The position numbers and the translations under genes are program-made. A model generated the notes under the pieces. The model worked only from the letters and a program-made list of their open reading frames with translations. It ran no database searches and was not told the DNA's origin. From Epithemia pelagica (Eukaryota; Protista; Bacillariophyta), in contig OX337230.1 of NCBI GenBank assembly GCA_946965045.2, positions 372,001 to 436,000 of the forward strand: DNA of 64,000 nucleotides. Reading direction: 5' to 3'. Of this stretch, positions 1-10,631 are shown in pieces. Position 1 is the stretch's first letter, and each line of letters starts with the position of its first letter.

Positions 1-72
1 ATTCATCCAAACGACGAGAGAGAGCGGAAGAAGAACAAACAAGCAAGTGTCTCGTATCAAAATCCTCTTGTC

Positions 73-74
<2 letters not shown>

Positions 75-108
<34 letters not shown>
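75..108. repeat. (TC)17 microsatellite
   Basis: Perfect TC dinucleotide run read directly. Confidence 0.97.
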
Positions 109-110
<2 letters not shown>

Positions 111-384
111 CTTCTTCTTCGTTTGGAGTTCTTTGGTTGTTGTATTCCTCACCAGAGAGGAGTACGGTACAGTGAAAGACGCATCGTCGACACTGACTCG
201 GACAAGGAAGAAGAGGACAAAGGGTGTCGTGTGACGATTTTCCTCCAGAGAAGTGTCACGATCCACTTTCTAGTTCTCTGGTTGGCTGGCGAGTCCACAA
301 TCCAAACATATCGTTTTCTTCCTTGTTTGTTTTGGGGGGGCGCATTCCTAGTTTGTAAACACCACCACCAGACACACCACCATT

Positions 385-3300
385 ATGTGGGGTAATTTTC
401 GAGGAGTTGGATCGGCCATGCGCGCCATTGGAGATGCCATGGCACCCACTGGGGATGATTATGAAGAGGAAGACGACGAAGAATATGAAGAGGATGAGGA
501 GGAGGAGGAGGAAGAAGAAGACGACGAGGAAGAAATTGTGTTGCAAGATGCGGAAGACGACGAAGATGAGGAACCACCCAATGCCATGCAACAACAATTG
601 CGACGTCAATTTTATAACAACAACAATCACAATCAGCATCCTTCGAAAACAATGGGTACCAATTCTACTGCTGATACAACAATTTCCAATCCATCCTTGT
701 CCAGTACCACCAAGCCTTCAACCATGACTCCCAAACCTCCTCCTTCGCCATTGGTTCCGGCAGCTGCTTCTGCGGCCACAACACTACCAAGGCAAGCACC
801 TAACAATGATCATCATGCCGATGAGGAAGAAGATTATGATGATGAATCAGCCGTCACGGACGATTTCGATGAAGATGACATTGATTTGTCCATTGATGAC
901 GACGATGATGACTCGATTGATACCGCGGGGGACGAAGAACCGGGCTCGCCCTCTTTGAACAGCAGTAGCTTTCATCGATCCAGTCGTCGCAACAAAAAGA
1001 AAATGAGTAGTTCATCCATGTCTGCTGCCGTTTCCTCTCCGCCGTCCTTGCTGGGAGCACCACGGAGATTGTTGCAAGCGTCGCCCCTCGTCACCGGAAC
1101 CAACAACAATAATCAGGCATCTCCCTTTTCTTCGTTGGTATCGGGGGTGTTGAAAGCTGCCGCGGTCGCTGGACCGCAAGGGCCCGTGGATGAGGATAAC
1201 GATGAAGAAGACGTGGACGAGGATGACCTACCGCTTCAACGGAGAGTCGGTCGTCCCCATTTGAAGAAACCTCCCGAAGCTACGGCTGACACTGTGCCTC
1301 CCACCACAACAGCCACTGCTGCTGTTGGTACGGATCCCAGCCATTCGGGTCACACGGATCCCAGTCACACGGACGACGACCCTGACGACGATGACGATGA
1401 GGATGTCATGCCGAAATTGGAACCCTTTGTATCTTCACGAACCGACGAAGAAGTCAGCGAAGATTGGGACGATACAACCATGGATCATTCCCAATCCTAT
1501 CATACCATTACGGACGATCACTTGTCCTTACAACAATCCAGTCATAGCAGTAGCCACAATCACAAGTCCTTGCTCTTGCAATCGCCCAAGGAAGGCAAAG
1601 ATGATGACGACGATGATGATCCGGAACCTCTCATAATTACCGAAGCCGCCGTTCCGCCCCTATCCACGACTTCGGCCATGAAGAAACCAAACAGTTCCTT
1701 GCGACCGCGTCCTCCCAGTGCACCAATTATATCCAAGGAACCAGTGGCTTCGTCGAACAAAGCACCGCCACAAACAGCTTCTTCTTCTTCGTTACCAACG
1801 ACCACTCCGTTGACCCACAATCTACCAGACAAAACTAACGCCAACTCGGCGACCGGAGTTTCCGCACCACGAAGGGCACCTCCCCCACCACCGCATCGAG
1901 CAACCAATCAAGATTCTGTGCCAAAAACGACAACAACAACAACACCATCCTTGGTCAAGGAAGAAGAATCCACCACCAATCCCATTGCGAGAACTTCCGG
2001 TGACCTTACGACGACGACCGCCACATCCACTCCACGGCAGTCCTTATCACCCTCGGCATCGTCAACCTTGCACGAAAAGGAACGCGAATGCCAGTCCTTG
2101 CAAGAGCGATTGGAGCAGGCCGAAAAAGTCATTTTGCAGCTGCAACAAGAAAAAATGGCCTTGGCGCAAGAAGAGGAACAAGCGCACGATGCCTTTGCCC
2201 AAAAGGAAGCACGGCTTCTCCAAGCGGCGGCCGAAGAACATGAGATTGAAACGCGCACGATGCAAGAACGCTATCAGACCAAACTCAAAACGCTCAAAGA
2301 GAAGCATGAACAAGAAGTGAAGAAAATGCAGAAGGAATACGATCAAAGAGGTCTTTTGTTGAAAGATTCGCAGAATCGATTGGCCGAATCCTTGCGAAGT
2401 CAAGAAACGGGCTTGTCCAAATTGGAAAACAAGTATCAACAACAAATGAAACGACAAGAACGAGCGGTGCGGATTGCCCAAGATCAATTGGCGACAAGTC
2501 AAGCGAAATTAGAAGAATCCCAAGAGCAGTGTCAAGAACTGTCGGCTACCATTGAACATTTAAATTCACACGTTGCCCAACACGAAGATGGAGCGGAGGC
2601 GGCGGAAGAAGAAATGGATGAATTGCACAATGAAAATGAACGATTGCAAAAACAACTTACCAAAGCCGAAGGGGAAAGTACCAAATGGAAGACCAAGGCA
2701 CAAGAAGCCAACAAAGAAGTGGAACAGCTACGTGGCATCAAAATGGAACTGCAGCTTCTCAAAGAAGAACAAGAGCGTGATCGCGTCCATTCTGAAACCA
2801 CAATTCAAACGGCTGAGAGCAATACAGCTCAACTTGCCTCGGCCCGGGATGCGGCCTTGGCTCAAGTGCAAGATTTGGAACGACAATTGTCCGCTGTCAC
2901 TGCCGATTGGAATTTGGCCAAGGCCGATACTGAGCGAGTCATGACTGCCAATCAAAATTTGCAGACGGCTTTGGAAGCGTTGCAAGCAGAGCGGGAAGCC
3001 GAATTACAGTTGCTGGGAGAGCAACAAATGCAGCAAATACAAGCAACCGAAGCCGCCCATCAGGCGACTTTGGAGGCGACAGCACAAACGCATCAGGCGC
3101 AACTGCAACAAGTAGAGGCCACCCATTCCAACCAATTAAGACAAGTACACGAGACTACGCAATCTTTGGAACAATCACTGCAAGCAGTTCGACACGAGAA
3201 TCAACAATTGCGTAGATCGCTCGATGAAGCCATTCGGCGATTACAAACCACACAAGAAGATGTGGTGGATCGAGCTCTCATGAAAAACATCCTGTTGGAT

Positions 3301-3690
3301 TGGTTACTCGCTGGCCAGGCACAGCATCATCCTCATGCAGAGCACGCTACGGCATCTTCGAATTCGTCCAATCATTTGCCGACAGCAGCCAATCATCAAC
3401 TTGCCTCTCCCCAAAAGCAACCACAACAAAATCCACGAGCAAAACGACAAGCCATTTTGCAAGTCATGGCTAGTTTACTGCATTTCACCGAAGAAGAAAA
3501 GGCTTCGGTGAATGTCAATGATGATTTTGGTGGGTCCAATGATTTGACGCGGTTGGGCGCCAAAGTCGTCCAATCCGTCATGTCCATGCCCCCACCACCC
3601 AGCAACGTCGATGACTTGCAGGGAGAAAATGTTCGAGAAAAATGGGTCAACTTTCTCATGGCTGAAACAGACGATGGGGCCACGTCCTGA
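385..3690 (+). CDS. Golgin-like coiled-coil protein with C-terminal GRAB domain (GMAP-210/Rud3/plant GC3-GC4 type)
   Basis: 1101-aa ORF with an acidic, low-complexity N-terminal half and a long heptad-rich coiled coil. The C-terminus has VDRALMKNILLDWL...ILQVMASLLHFTEEEK and a terminal VREKWVNFLMAET, resembling the GRAB plus GA1 motifs of this golgin family. Confidence 0.75.
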   Translation: MWGNFRGVGSAMRAIGDAMAPTGDDYEEEDDEEYEEDEEEEEEEEDDEEEIVLQDAEDDEDEEPPNAMQQQLRRQFYNNNNHNQHPSKTMGTNSTADTTISNPSLSSTTKPSTMTPKPPPSPLVPAAASAATTLPRQAPNNDHHADEEEDYDDESAVTDDFDEDDIDLSIDDDDDDSIDTAGDEEPGSPSLNSSSFHRSSRRNKKKMSSSSMSAAVSSPPSLLGAPRRLLQASPLVTGTNNNNQASPFSSLVSGVLKAAAVAGPQGPVDEDNDEEDVDEDDLPLQRRVGRPHLKKPPEATADTVPPTTTATAAVGTDPSHSGHTDPSHTDDDPDDDDDEDVMPKLEPFVSSRTDEEVSEDWDDTTMDHSQSYHTITDDHLSLQQSSHSSSHNHKSLLLQSPKEGKDDDDDDDPEPLIITEAAVPPLSTTSAMKKPNSSLRPRPPSAPIISKEPVASSNKAPPQTASSSSLPTTTPLTHNLPDKTNANSATGVSAPRRAPPPPPHRATNQDSVPKTTTTTTPSLVKEEESTTNPIARTSGDLTTTTATSTPRQSLSPSASSTLHEKERECQSLQERLEQAEKVILQLQQEKMALAQEEEQAHDAFAQKEARLLQAAAEEHEIETRTMQERYQTKLKTLKEKHEQEVKKMQKEYDQRGLLLKDSQNRLAESLRSQETGLSKLENKYQQQMKRQERAVRIAQDQLATSQAKLEESQEQCQELSATIEHLNSHVAQHEDGAEAAEEEMDELHNENERLQKQLTKAEGESTKWKTKAQEANKEVEQLRGIKMELQLLKEEQERDRVHSETTIQTAESNTAQLASARDAALAQVQDLERQLSAVTADWNLAKADTERVMTANQNLQTALEALQAEREAELQLLGEQQMQQIQATEAAHQATLEATAQTHQAQLQQVEATHSNQLRQVHETTQSLEQSLQAVRHENQQLRRSLDEAIRRLQTTQEDVVDRALMKNILLDWLLAGQAQHHPHAEHATASSNSSNHLPTAANHQLASPQKQPQQNPRAKRQAILQVMASLLHFTEEEKASVNVNDDFGGSNDLTRLGAKVVQSVMSMPPPPSNVDDLQGENVREKWVNFLMAETDDGATS

Positions 3691-4206
3691 AATCTTATTG
3701 TGAAACCGTGACGAACATATGACTGAGAGATGCGTAGTCTTTTGTAGCGTGTGTCGTGCCCTATAGACTCATGGCTAGCAGCACTCCCTTCAATCAAGAC
3801 TTAGTGATTGACGAATCATTTTCGACTTGTATCCCGCTTTTGTCGCCACAGGATCTCCGCTATCGTCCTTCAATACGTTGTCAACAAGGAGTCTATGCTC
3901 CTATTCCTCTGCTGTAGAGAGAGACCGAGAGAGATGGAATGCAAAATATAGATGTGGATGTGGATCGCACATGTGCATGGCACTGGTTCGTCCAAAACAC
4001 ATTGCTTCTAGAGAGAGAAAATACCATTTTCTGCAGTAGGCTTGTCCAGCAGACCCTTTTCTTAGGCAGCTTCGTCGAGGGAGAGAAGAGACCGTAACAG
4101 ATAGGCTATGAGGAGGCGGATCACATACATAGCGCAGCTATTCAGTTCCCTTTTTGGAACTGCCACTCGTGAATGAACAAACGTTGAGATTTCTTTTGGA
4201 TTTTGC

Positions 4207-5997
4207 ATGGACACAGAGGTCGACACACCCAAGGCAGAGAGAGAGAGGCAGAGAACATCTCGGACAATGGACACAGCAAAGGAACAGCAAGAAGAGCGTG
4301 CGCATCGCGTACGACCACTAGATGCTTTCGAGGAAGAAAATGAGTTAGCGCAGCTCCTCATCTTGACGTGGAATAAATATTCTCCTCATCCTGATGACTG
4401 GGATGAGAGATTAGAAGAGCAAACCTATCTGATCGACCTTGATGAAGATGCTCCCCTGTCCGTCCTCTCGGAGGGTTTGGAATTGGATCATGAGCATGAC
4501 TTTGGAGAATATGGTGAGATTTCATTTACGATCAAGCTTGTGCAAAGAAGGACAAAGAATACAAAGAAACAAACGGTAGATCATGTGTCACGTGAGAAAA
4601 ACGCAAGTCGCTCGGATAAAAACGACGAGAGAGTATTGGCTTCCTGCAAGTTTAAATGGTGGCAGAATGGGTATAATGCGAGTTTGATGAATTTCAATCA
4701 ACTGAGTCAAGATTTGGCCGATTTGTGTTACGACCTTTGGACCAGCTCGGGCAAGCCCCAGCATGAATACAATGATTGTGACATTGAAATGGGAGATTCT
4801 CGCCATTCTAATGTTCGTGTGAATGATGTGATTGAAGCCATTGCCTGCAGGCAAAACCAATCGAGAAATGAGTCGGATCAACTACCCACCACAGACTGTT
4901 TTGAAACGGCGTACATAAAGAGTTGCGAATGCAACGAATCGTCAGCAAACACGGTTCTTCTGGAAAGTCTGTTGACTCTCCTGGGTTCAGAATGTGTCCT
5001 CATTGGGCATGGTTCTGACTTGGAAAAGCTTGAGTATCGCACGATCCCGTCTGGATTCTTTTCACAGACGGAATTAGGAGACTTTGCCAAAAGATGGTAC
5101 CTCCACATTCCAAACTGTTCCCCAGGTCTGGAAGTTCTCCCAGTGGAGACGACAAAGGAACTTGACGAAAAGGCTATTGATCACTCTAGACGAATAGACC
5201 ACAAGACTAAGGAAGAAAATGAGGTACAACAGCTCCTCATCTTGACGTGGAATAAATATTCGCCGCATCCTGATGACTTGGCTGAGAGATTAGAGGAGCA
5301 AACCTACCTGATCGACCTTGATGAAGATGCTCCCTTGTCCGTCCTCTCGGAGGGTTTGGAATTGGATCAGGAGCACGACTATGGAGAATATGGTGAGATT
5401 TCATTTACGATCAAGCTTGTGCAAAGAAGGACAAAGAATACAAAGAAACAAACGGTAGATCATGTGTTACGTGAGAAAAACGCAAGTCGCTCGGATGAAA
5501 ACAACGAGAGAGTCTTAGCCTCCTGCAGGTTTACGTGGTGGCAGAATGGGTATAATGCGAGTTTGATGAATTTCAATCAACTGAGTCAAGATTTGGCCGA
5601 TTTGTGTTACGACCTCTGGACCAGCTCGGGCAAGCCCCAGCATGAATACAATGATTGTGAGATTGAAATGGGAGATTCTCGCCATTCTAATGTTCGTGTG
5701 AATGATGTGATTGAAGCCATTGCCTGCAGGCAAAAACAATCGAGAAATGAGTCGGATCAACTACCCACCACAGACTGTTTTGAAACGGCGTACATAAAGA
5801 GTTGCGAATGCAACGAATCGTCAGCAAACACGGTTCTTCTGGAAAGTCTGTTGACTCTCCTGGGTTCAGAATGTGTCCTCATTGGGCATGGTTCTGACTT
5901 GGAAAAGCTTGAGTATCGCACGATCCCGTCTGGATTCTTTTCACAGACGGAATTTGGCGACTTTGCAAAAAGATGGTACCTCCACATTCCCAGATAA
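4207..5997 (+). CDS. Hypothetical protein built from two near-identical ~260-aa units
   Basis: 596-aa ORF that stays open through both repeat units. No family recognised. Confidence 0.6.
   Translation: MDTEVDTPKAERERQRTSRTMDTAKEQQEERAHRVRPLDAFEEENELAQLLILTWNKYSPHPDDWDERLEEQTYLIDLDEDAPLSVLSEGLELDHEHDFGEYGEISFTIKLVQRRTKNTKKQTVDHVSREKNASRSDKNDERVLASCKFKWWQNGYNASLMNFNQLSQDLADLCYDLWTSSGKPQHEYNDCDIEMGDSRHSNVRVNDVIEAIACRQNQSRNESDQLPTTDCFETAYIKSCECNESSANTVLLESLLTLLGSECVLIGHGSDLEKLEYRTIPSGFFSQTELGDFAKRWYLHIPNCSPGLEVLPVETTKELDEKAIDHSRRIDHKTKEENEVQQLLILTWNKYSPHPDDLAERLEEQTYLIDLDEDAPLSVLSEGLELDQEHDYGEYGEISFTIKLVQRRTKNTKKQTVDHVLREKNASRSDENNERVLASCRFTWWQNGYNASLMNFNQLSQDLADLCYDLWTSSGKPQHEYNDCEIEMGDSRHSNVRVNDVIEAIACRQKQSRNESDQLPTTDCFETAYIKSCECNESSANTVLLESLLTLLGSECVLIGHGSDLEKLEYRTIPSGFFSQTEFGDFAKRWYLHIPR
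4331..5990 (+). repeat. Direct duplication: 4331-5111 and 5210-5990 (offset 879 bp)
   Basis: AGGAAGAAAATGAG...CAGCTCCTCATCTTGACGTGG starts both copies and GATGGTACCTCCACATTCC ends both. The 879-bp offset (293 codons) preserves frame. Confidence 0.97.
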
Positions 5998-6491
5998 AGA
6001 ATTTCGAGGAGGAATGTGTGGCGCGCTTTCTTTGTTTTTCGTAGTTCTATCGGTGGAAGAGATGTGAGTACATGTTCACCACGGTACGATGTCATCAAGT
6101 CTTATCAACCGCGTGAAGAGCTGTCTAACTTCTCCTTAGCGTCGTTTCTGAAAAAGACATGTCGGAGTAGATTGTAACTCCTTTCATCACTCAATGGTTA
6201 GAACATGGGCTTATCGACGAACGTTGATACATTGGTCAGGATTATTGTGTTGACGCCGAAAACTGGGAGTTGTGGGTGTTAAAGTGTGGCGATAGATGAC
6301 TCGCCGTACGCGCGAGATCTTTTCCAGCGTAATTTTAAAATTCAAACATTTCTGATGGAAAAGATACGCAAGCGTCTCACCATGGCAGTGTTGTCAAACA
6401 GAAGAGCTCAAGACGTATCGAGGACGGTACGGAAAAGGAGCAAGAACACGCTACATGACCTGCCTATGCTACGACTGATACAAAGCAAACC

Positions 6492-7619
6492 ATGAAAGTG
6501 AATGGCAAGCAATATCGCACGGTTTGGATGGAGGGCTCCACCGTCCATTTGATTGAACAAAATCTCTTGCCCTTTGAGTTTCGGATACACCAGTGCGAAA
6601 CCTACTTGGACACATGCCGAGCCATCAAAACCATGATTGTACGAGGTGCAGGCGCGATTGGAGCCACAGCCGGCTATGCCATGGCGCAAGCATTTGTAGA
6701 AGCTACGACTCTCTAGGAAACAACAACCGCTGGATCGGAAGAAGGAGAAGAACGTGACAGTGGCTTTCTTGAGTTTGCCACAAAGGCCAAACAAGACATT
6801 GAAAATACACGACCAACGGCACAGAACCTATTTTATGCGACCAGTCGAGTCTACAAGGCCGCCATGAACAGCAAAACTCCCGCACAGGATGCCCGAAAGG
6901 AAGCGCAGGCTGTTGCCGATGAAGATGCCGAGAATTGCAGATTGATTGGGGAATACGGCAAGCACCTCATCCAGGATGGAACGCGAGTTGAAACCCATTG
7001 TAATGCGGGCTGGTTAGCCTTTGTCGATCACGGAAGCGCCCTGTCACCGATTTATGCAGCTCGTGACGCGGGGCGTCAACAGATTCATGTCTGGGTGGAC
7101 GAAACAAGGCCTCGCAGTCAGGGTGCAAGACTTACGGCATGGGAACTCGAAAAGGAAGGTATATCCCATGCCATTCTTCCCGACAATGCCGGTGCCTTCT
7201 ACATGAATGAAGGAAAGGTTGATTTGTTGATTGTCGGCGCAGATCGGATTGCAGCCAATGGGGACGTGGCCAATAAAATTGGGACCTTGGAAAAAGCCAT
7301 TGCGGCTCATTACTTCGGCATACCGTTTTATGTCGCAGCCCCAACAAGTACCATTGACCTCAACTGTCCTTCGGGCAAGGACATTCCCATTGAACATCGA
7401 AGTCCGAATGAAGTCTTGTATCAAACCGGGCCTTCCCATAACATGAGCGACAACAACACTGCCATTGAGATGCATACGATTCGAGTGGCATCGCCTAATT
7501 CCTCCGCCGAAAATCCAGCCTTTGATGTGACTCCAGCAAAACTTGTCAAAGGTATAATTACCGAAAAAGGAATCATAGAGTCTCCGTCGACTGCGTCCAT
7601 TCGTAATCTACTTGGATGA
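6492..7619 (+). pseudogene. mtnA: Methylthioribose-1-phosphate isomerase (MtnA/MRI1, eIF-2B alpha/beta/delta family) with one in-frame TAG at 6714-6716
   Basis: ORFs 6492-6716 and 6864-7619 share a frame. Motifs present: IVRGAGAIG, TRPTAQNLF (in the segment between the two ORFs), HCNAG, WVDETRPRSQGARLTAWEL, VGADRIAANGDVANKIGT, NPAFDVTP. Status (pseudogene, allele or sequence error) is uncertain. Confidence 0.88.
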
Positions 7620-7736
7620 AACACTTCGTCTTCTTAGATATCACGTTATGGCCATTACAGCTTTTAGTCATATGAGAACAGTCACATGTCGTTCACTTTC
7701 GTCTACAACTACGATTTTATGACGCGACAAAAAAGA

Positions 7737-7809
7737 CTCCTCGTGTGGGGATCGAACCCACGACCTTAAGATTAACAGTCTCACGCTCTACCAACTGAGC
7801 TAACAAGGA
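7737..7809 (-). tRNA. tRNA-Asn (GTT)
   Basis: Minus strand reads TCCTTGT TA GCTC AGTTGGTA GAGC G TGAGA CTGTTAA TCTTA AGGTC GTGGG TTCGATC CCCAC ACGAGGA G. All four stems pair, the anticodon is GTT, and a T6 Pol III terminator follows (A run at 7729-7734). Confidence 0.97.
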
Positions 7810-9852
7810 CGTCTCTGCGACGACATATCCTAGGTACTTTAAGACAAGTGGATATTATCAACGCTCGAGGCACTGTCACCTCGTTTGGTGGAGTCTTGCG
7901 TCTCGCTTGTCGCTGCCACCGAATAGATGTTGCCGGTTACGAGATACGAGTGTACTGTGACGAAATTTCGCGAGCCTTTTTGCTTCTGGGGCTCGGGCTC
8001 GGGGGCTTCGGAAGAATGCGCTTGTTTTCGTCGGCTATCGACGTCGATGGCACAAGATTAGATTAACTACTAAGTACTAAGTACCCCATTGCCGATGTCG
8101 AGAGTAAAGAATCAACAAGTGAATACGAGTACTCGTAATAATACTATTATGATCGGTAGATGAAAGGGATGCGTATTCTTGGAGCGTAGAATTAGATTCT
8201 ACTCCTAGCGAGCTTTTGCTATTAGCTCTAGCTAAGAATAGCTCTGGATCGGGTAGGAAGTAGGAATAGGGAGGAGTAGGAAGTAGGAAGTAGGAAGTGG
8301 GCCTCTACTGTATGTCATAAGTCATAAACTTAATCCAATGCAAAACTTAGAAATAATTCTAAGGAGTAGAGCTTAAGTATAAGATCACGACTGCTACTGA
8401 ATGTCTTAGACGCAAAATGACAAGCTGTGAATCACACGCCAGCATATTTTATATTTTATATTTTATGCAATCAACAAGGATGAATATGTTAATTATTTTT
8501 TCGCGCCGTATCCCCCACAGACCCCAAGACACTTCTCAAAATAACAAATAAGGTTGTTTAAATAATAATGTCACGGGGAAGGCATACGATTTAGAATATC
8601 CATGTCTGAATATTTATAAGCTTTTTGATTTCAGAATAAGTTTACGACGAAAGTTCATTAGCCGGGGCCTACTACCCCCCAGCGGGGTATAAATTTCGAT
8701 GTGAATTCAATCCACCTTTAAAATACTCTCCTCCGCTGGGGGATAGGGGCCAACCCCCGGAAAAATTTCGTCTCAGATTTATCTCAAATCTAAAATGCTC
8801 AGGTTATGGGCTCAAATTTAAGAGCCGGTTGGGATTGAGATTTGGGGGTTACGACATACAGTAGTGTTCCAGTAGGAACAGGGAGGAGTAGGAAGTAGGA
8901 AGGGCCAGGTACAAGGTAGCTAGAGGAAGTAGGTAGAGTGTATCGACCACCCATGTCTCTGTCTATCTATGGTGTAGGTAGTAGAATCGTACTAAGGTAC
9001 TCCTATTCCCGTTGAGTTGTGAAGGTATTCTAGTACTCGAGTGTGCAGTTCGCAAGCCTACGTACGACCAAGAGCAGAATATAGAATATGTTCTCCTAAA
9101 TCGTGAGCGATTCAGCTTGGTGATGGGTGACCGTGACCATGGCCATGGGCAATGAGAAATGAGAAATGAGGGAATAGGGAATGGAGAAATCCTTGCTTTG
9201 ATTGTTCCATTTTCAGAGGTGAGGGATCACCCTTTACTCTCTTTCAATGCGCCGACAACGATTGCGTCTTGCTGCTTCGCGAAGTGAAACGTGAAACTGA
9301 GAAGGTGGGTCTTGTATCTTGCATCAGTTCGGACGTACTTGGTACTTGAGCCATGGACAAAATTACTACGTCGTAGTAGAAGGTAGCATATTATAGCATA
9401 TCAGCATATCCCAAATCCCAACAAGATGATCGGCGACTTGGAATGGATTCGATCCCATTCTTCTCACTGGAAACATGAAACATAGTTACTCTTTTTTAGA
9501 TGCCCCCCGGTTCCCCTTGCCCCGTGGTCCGTGGTATTTGGTATTGGCATCCAATTCCCAGCCAATGGAACAGATGGAACAACAACTACTCCTAACAACT
9601 AGCTCTAGGTAGACGACTTCATCTCTTTTTGGGGGTTCATGTATATGAAAAACAACCTAGCGTACCAATTGCGACCCCCTATCCAAGTCCATAGTCCATA
9701 TAATAGCAGAAATAGGATTTCTAAGGCCCTGTGTCCACGGAATGTGTTTTCGAGGTCTGAAATCGAGTTTCGAGTTTTGAGGTGGGGCTCTGTCCCTACC
9801 TCGAAACAAGGATCTGAAGACACATGTCCAGGTAAAACGTAACCCGATGTCT

Positions 9853-10631
9853 CTATTTTAGATTCAAGAATCGAGCTTCACTGCTGTGAATGTACAAACC
9901 TCCCCCACCCCCACCAGTGTCGTTCGACATAGTCTGCATTGTTTCCAAACACGAGGGACGGCGCAATGCCTTCTCCTTCTTGTGTATATATGAGACGCAG
10001 GCCGGATTCACAATTGGGTTTTGACACAGCCAATCCTTGCATCTTGGAATACTATACGAGCTACAAGCCTTGTCTTTGCTTGTAGGATTTTCAAGTCGGA
10101 AGCGGCGGATAATCTCTGATTTGTAGTCATCTGCGGTGGGAAGCAAAGCTGTCTTGCCCTTTGCATTTTATAGTCTTCATCCACTTTCGGGTCACACCAA
10201 CCCTTGTTGTTTGTGTGAACCTTCAGCCCCATACACATGGCCAGGAGTACTTTGTTCCTGAGCTCAGGTTGGGTCTCTTTCAGATTCTTGCGAGCATCAC
10301 ACTCCCTCTCAGCTTCATCACAAACAGAGTCGGAGTCACCTTGATTGCCTTGTTCTTTGTTCCTGAGCTCAGGTTGGGTCTCTTTCAGATTCTTGCGAGC
10401 ATCACACTCCCTCTCAGCTTCATCACCATCAGAGTCGGAGTCACCTTGGTTGCCTTGTTCTTGTTGAAACCGGCCAAGTACTGGCGTGGTGAACATCAAG
10501 TCAGAGGGAGATGATGTAGAACCCAATGTTGCCTGGGTTGCGGTTGGGCCATGTGGTCTACTAAGTCTTGAGGTCTGTTCTCTTGATTCCTCTGTCTCTA
10601 GAGAATCTGTCAAATGATCTGTGTCACTCAT
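9853..10631 (-). pseudogene. Cargo ORF of the Harbinger-like element with a 1-nt frameshift; unknown function
   Basis: ORFs 10008-10646 and 9853-10146 join into 260 codons if one A is added to the A4 run at 10166-10169, giving ...VDEDYKNAKGKTALLPTADDYKSEIIRR...CKDWLCQNPI. Confidence 0.5.
10250..10460. repeat. 105-bp tandem duplication (35-aa repeat in the cargo ORF)
   Basis: TTTGTTCCTGAGCTCAGGTTGGGTCTC occurs at 10251 and 10356. It encodes EQGNQGDSDS(D/V)(G/C)DEAERECDARKNLKETQPELRNK twice on the minus strand. Confidence 0.95.

Noticed and set aside
57-266. ORF with an RERERE tract
   Set aside because: The tract is just the translated (TC)n microsatellite, and there is no other coding signal.
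6686-6760. 75-bp GC-AG intron that would remove the TAG in mtnA in frame
   Set aside because: The donor (GCAAGC) is weak, there is no polypyrimidine tract, and it would delete the QAF residues after GYAMA that look conserved. Not excluded without RNA data.
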